64,000 nt of DNA, taken from assembly GCA_039591655.1 (NCBI GenBank), contig JBDHDE010000004.1, positions 1,056 to 65,055 of the forward strand, in the 5' to 3' direction. The stretch's first letter is position 1, and the number at the start of each line of letters is the position of its first letter. Under the pieces are notes generated by a model. That model had not been told where the DNA came from and ran no database searches. It saw nothing but the letters and a program-made list of their open reading frames with translations. This document shows, one piece after another, positions 63,635 to 64,000 of the stretch. This stretch comes from Gemmatimonadota bacterium (GTDB taxonomy: Bacteria; Gemmatimonadota; Gemmatimonadetes; Gemmatimonadales; GWC2-71-9). Made by a program: the position numbers and the translations under genes.

Positions 63635-64000
63635 CGCGCGTACTTCACGGAGCAACCGTAGGGCTGGGTCGTTGGGACACTGACTTGCCCGCCGCTCATC
63701 GCCTCTGCGACGGCGGCCACGAGGTAGTTGTGCGCGCCCTCGATGTCAGAGAGGCGAGCCGTGGGCCGATCGTCGATGGCACCGTTGTAGAGCAGGGTGC
63801 CCTCAGGGTCGATGAGGATCATCTGGGGCGTGGTCTTCGCTCCATACAGTCGGCCCACGTCCCCCTCCGGGTCCAGCAGGACCGCGGAAACCGCGCTCCC
63901 CCGTTCGTCGGAGATGGCATTCATGTCGTCGGGCTCGTGGTAGCCCTGCTTCCCGGGGGCCGACGAGACGATGGCCAGCCACACCATCCCTCGCCCGGTG
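63631..64000 (-). CDS. Thioredoxin-like/redoxin family protein (C-terminal part; gene runs off the window)
   Basis: The reading frame stays open to the window edge, so the ATG at 63987 in the ORF track is internal. '...TPQMILIDPEGTLLYNGAIDDRP...PYGCSVKYAR' resembles thiol-disulfide oxidoreductase-like proteins. The catalytic CxxC is not in the window. Confidence 0.55.
   Translation of the reverse strand, partial: TGRGMVWLAIVSSAPGKQGYHEPDDMNAISDERGSAVSAVLLDPEGDVGRLYGAKTTPQMILIDPEGTLLYNGAIDDRPTARLSDIEGAHNYLVAAVAEAMSGGQVSVPTTQPYGCSVKYAR

Overview
High-GC (about two-thirds G+C by eye, not computed) bacterial chromosomal window, densely coding on both strands with about 55 genes. I found no rRNA, tRNA, CRISPR array, transposase, integrase or phage genes, so it reads as core chromosome rather than an accessory island. 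The protein repertoire is that of a Gram-negative, peptide-degrading organism. It resembles FCB-group / Gemmatimonadota-like genomes, but that is inference from memory of protein families and cannot be tested here. All calls rest on the ORF track, motifs I could read, GC3 bias, start-codon/RBS inspection and hand-folded hairpins. No alignments or HMM searches were run.

Main blocks:
- 127-2362: ADP-ribosylglycohydrolase plus a small acidic protein, a c-type cytochrome and an NTF2-like protein.
- 2463-8606 (minus): CusCBA-type heavy-metal RND efflux operon, preceded by a small His/Met/Cys-rich ORF and a hairpin.
- 8795-11227: orphan 810-aa HerA/FtsK-like P-loop ATPase.
- 11252-23206: cupin, CBS, M16 peptidase, Memo-like protein, multi-PAS hybrid histidine kinase, GH84 glycosidase, aminotransferase.
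- 23350-25323: M1 peptidase.
- 25571-31926: six translationally coupled genes (dehydrogenase, LolA-like protein, two FtsX permeases, ABC ATPase, predicted OM barrel). I rate this the best candidate for an uncharacterised system.
- 32762-36347 (minus): convergent MacA/FtsX-type module with no ATPase gene.
- 37016-41059: GNAT, ferredoxin, BtuF-like protein, bacilliredoxin, GDPD, membrane-anchored receiver protein.
- 41145-54697: DPP4, aminotransferase, DUF4097 repeat protein, MscS, HAD, M28 and Zn-metalloprotease peptidases, RmuC, EEP phosphoesterase and two hypothetical proteins.
- 54720-64000: gdhA, a receiver-PPDK_N fusion protein, an Omp85-family protein, queE/queC/queF, a second glutamate dehydrogenase and a truncated thioredoxin-like gene.

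Many long ORFs in the track are antisense or alternate-frame artefacts of the high GC content and were rejected.
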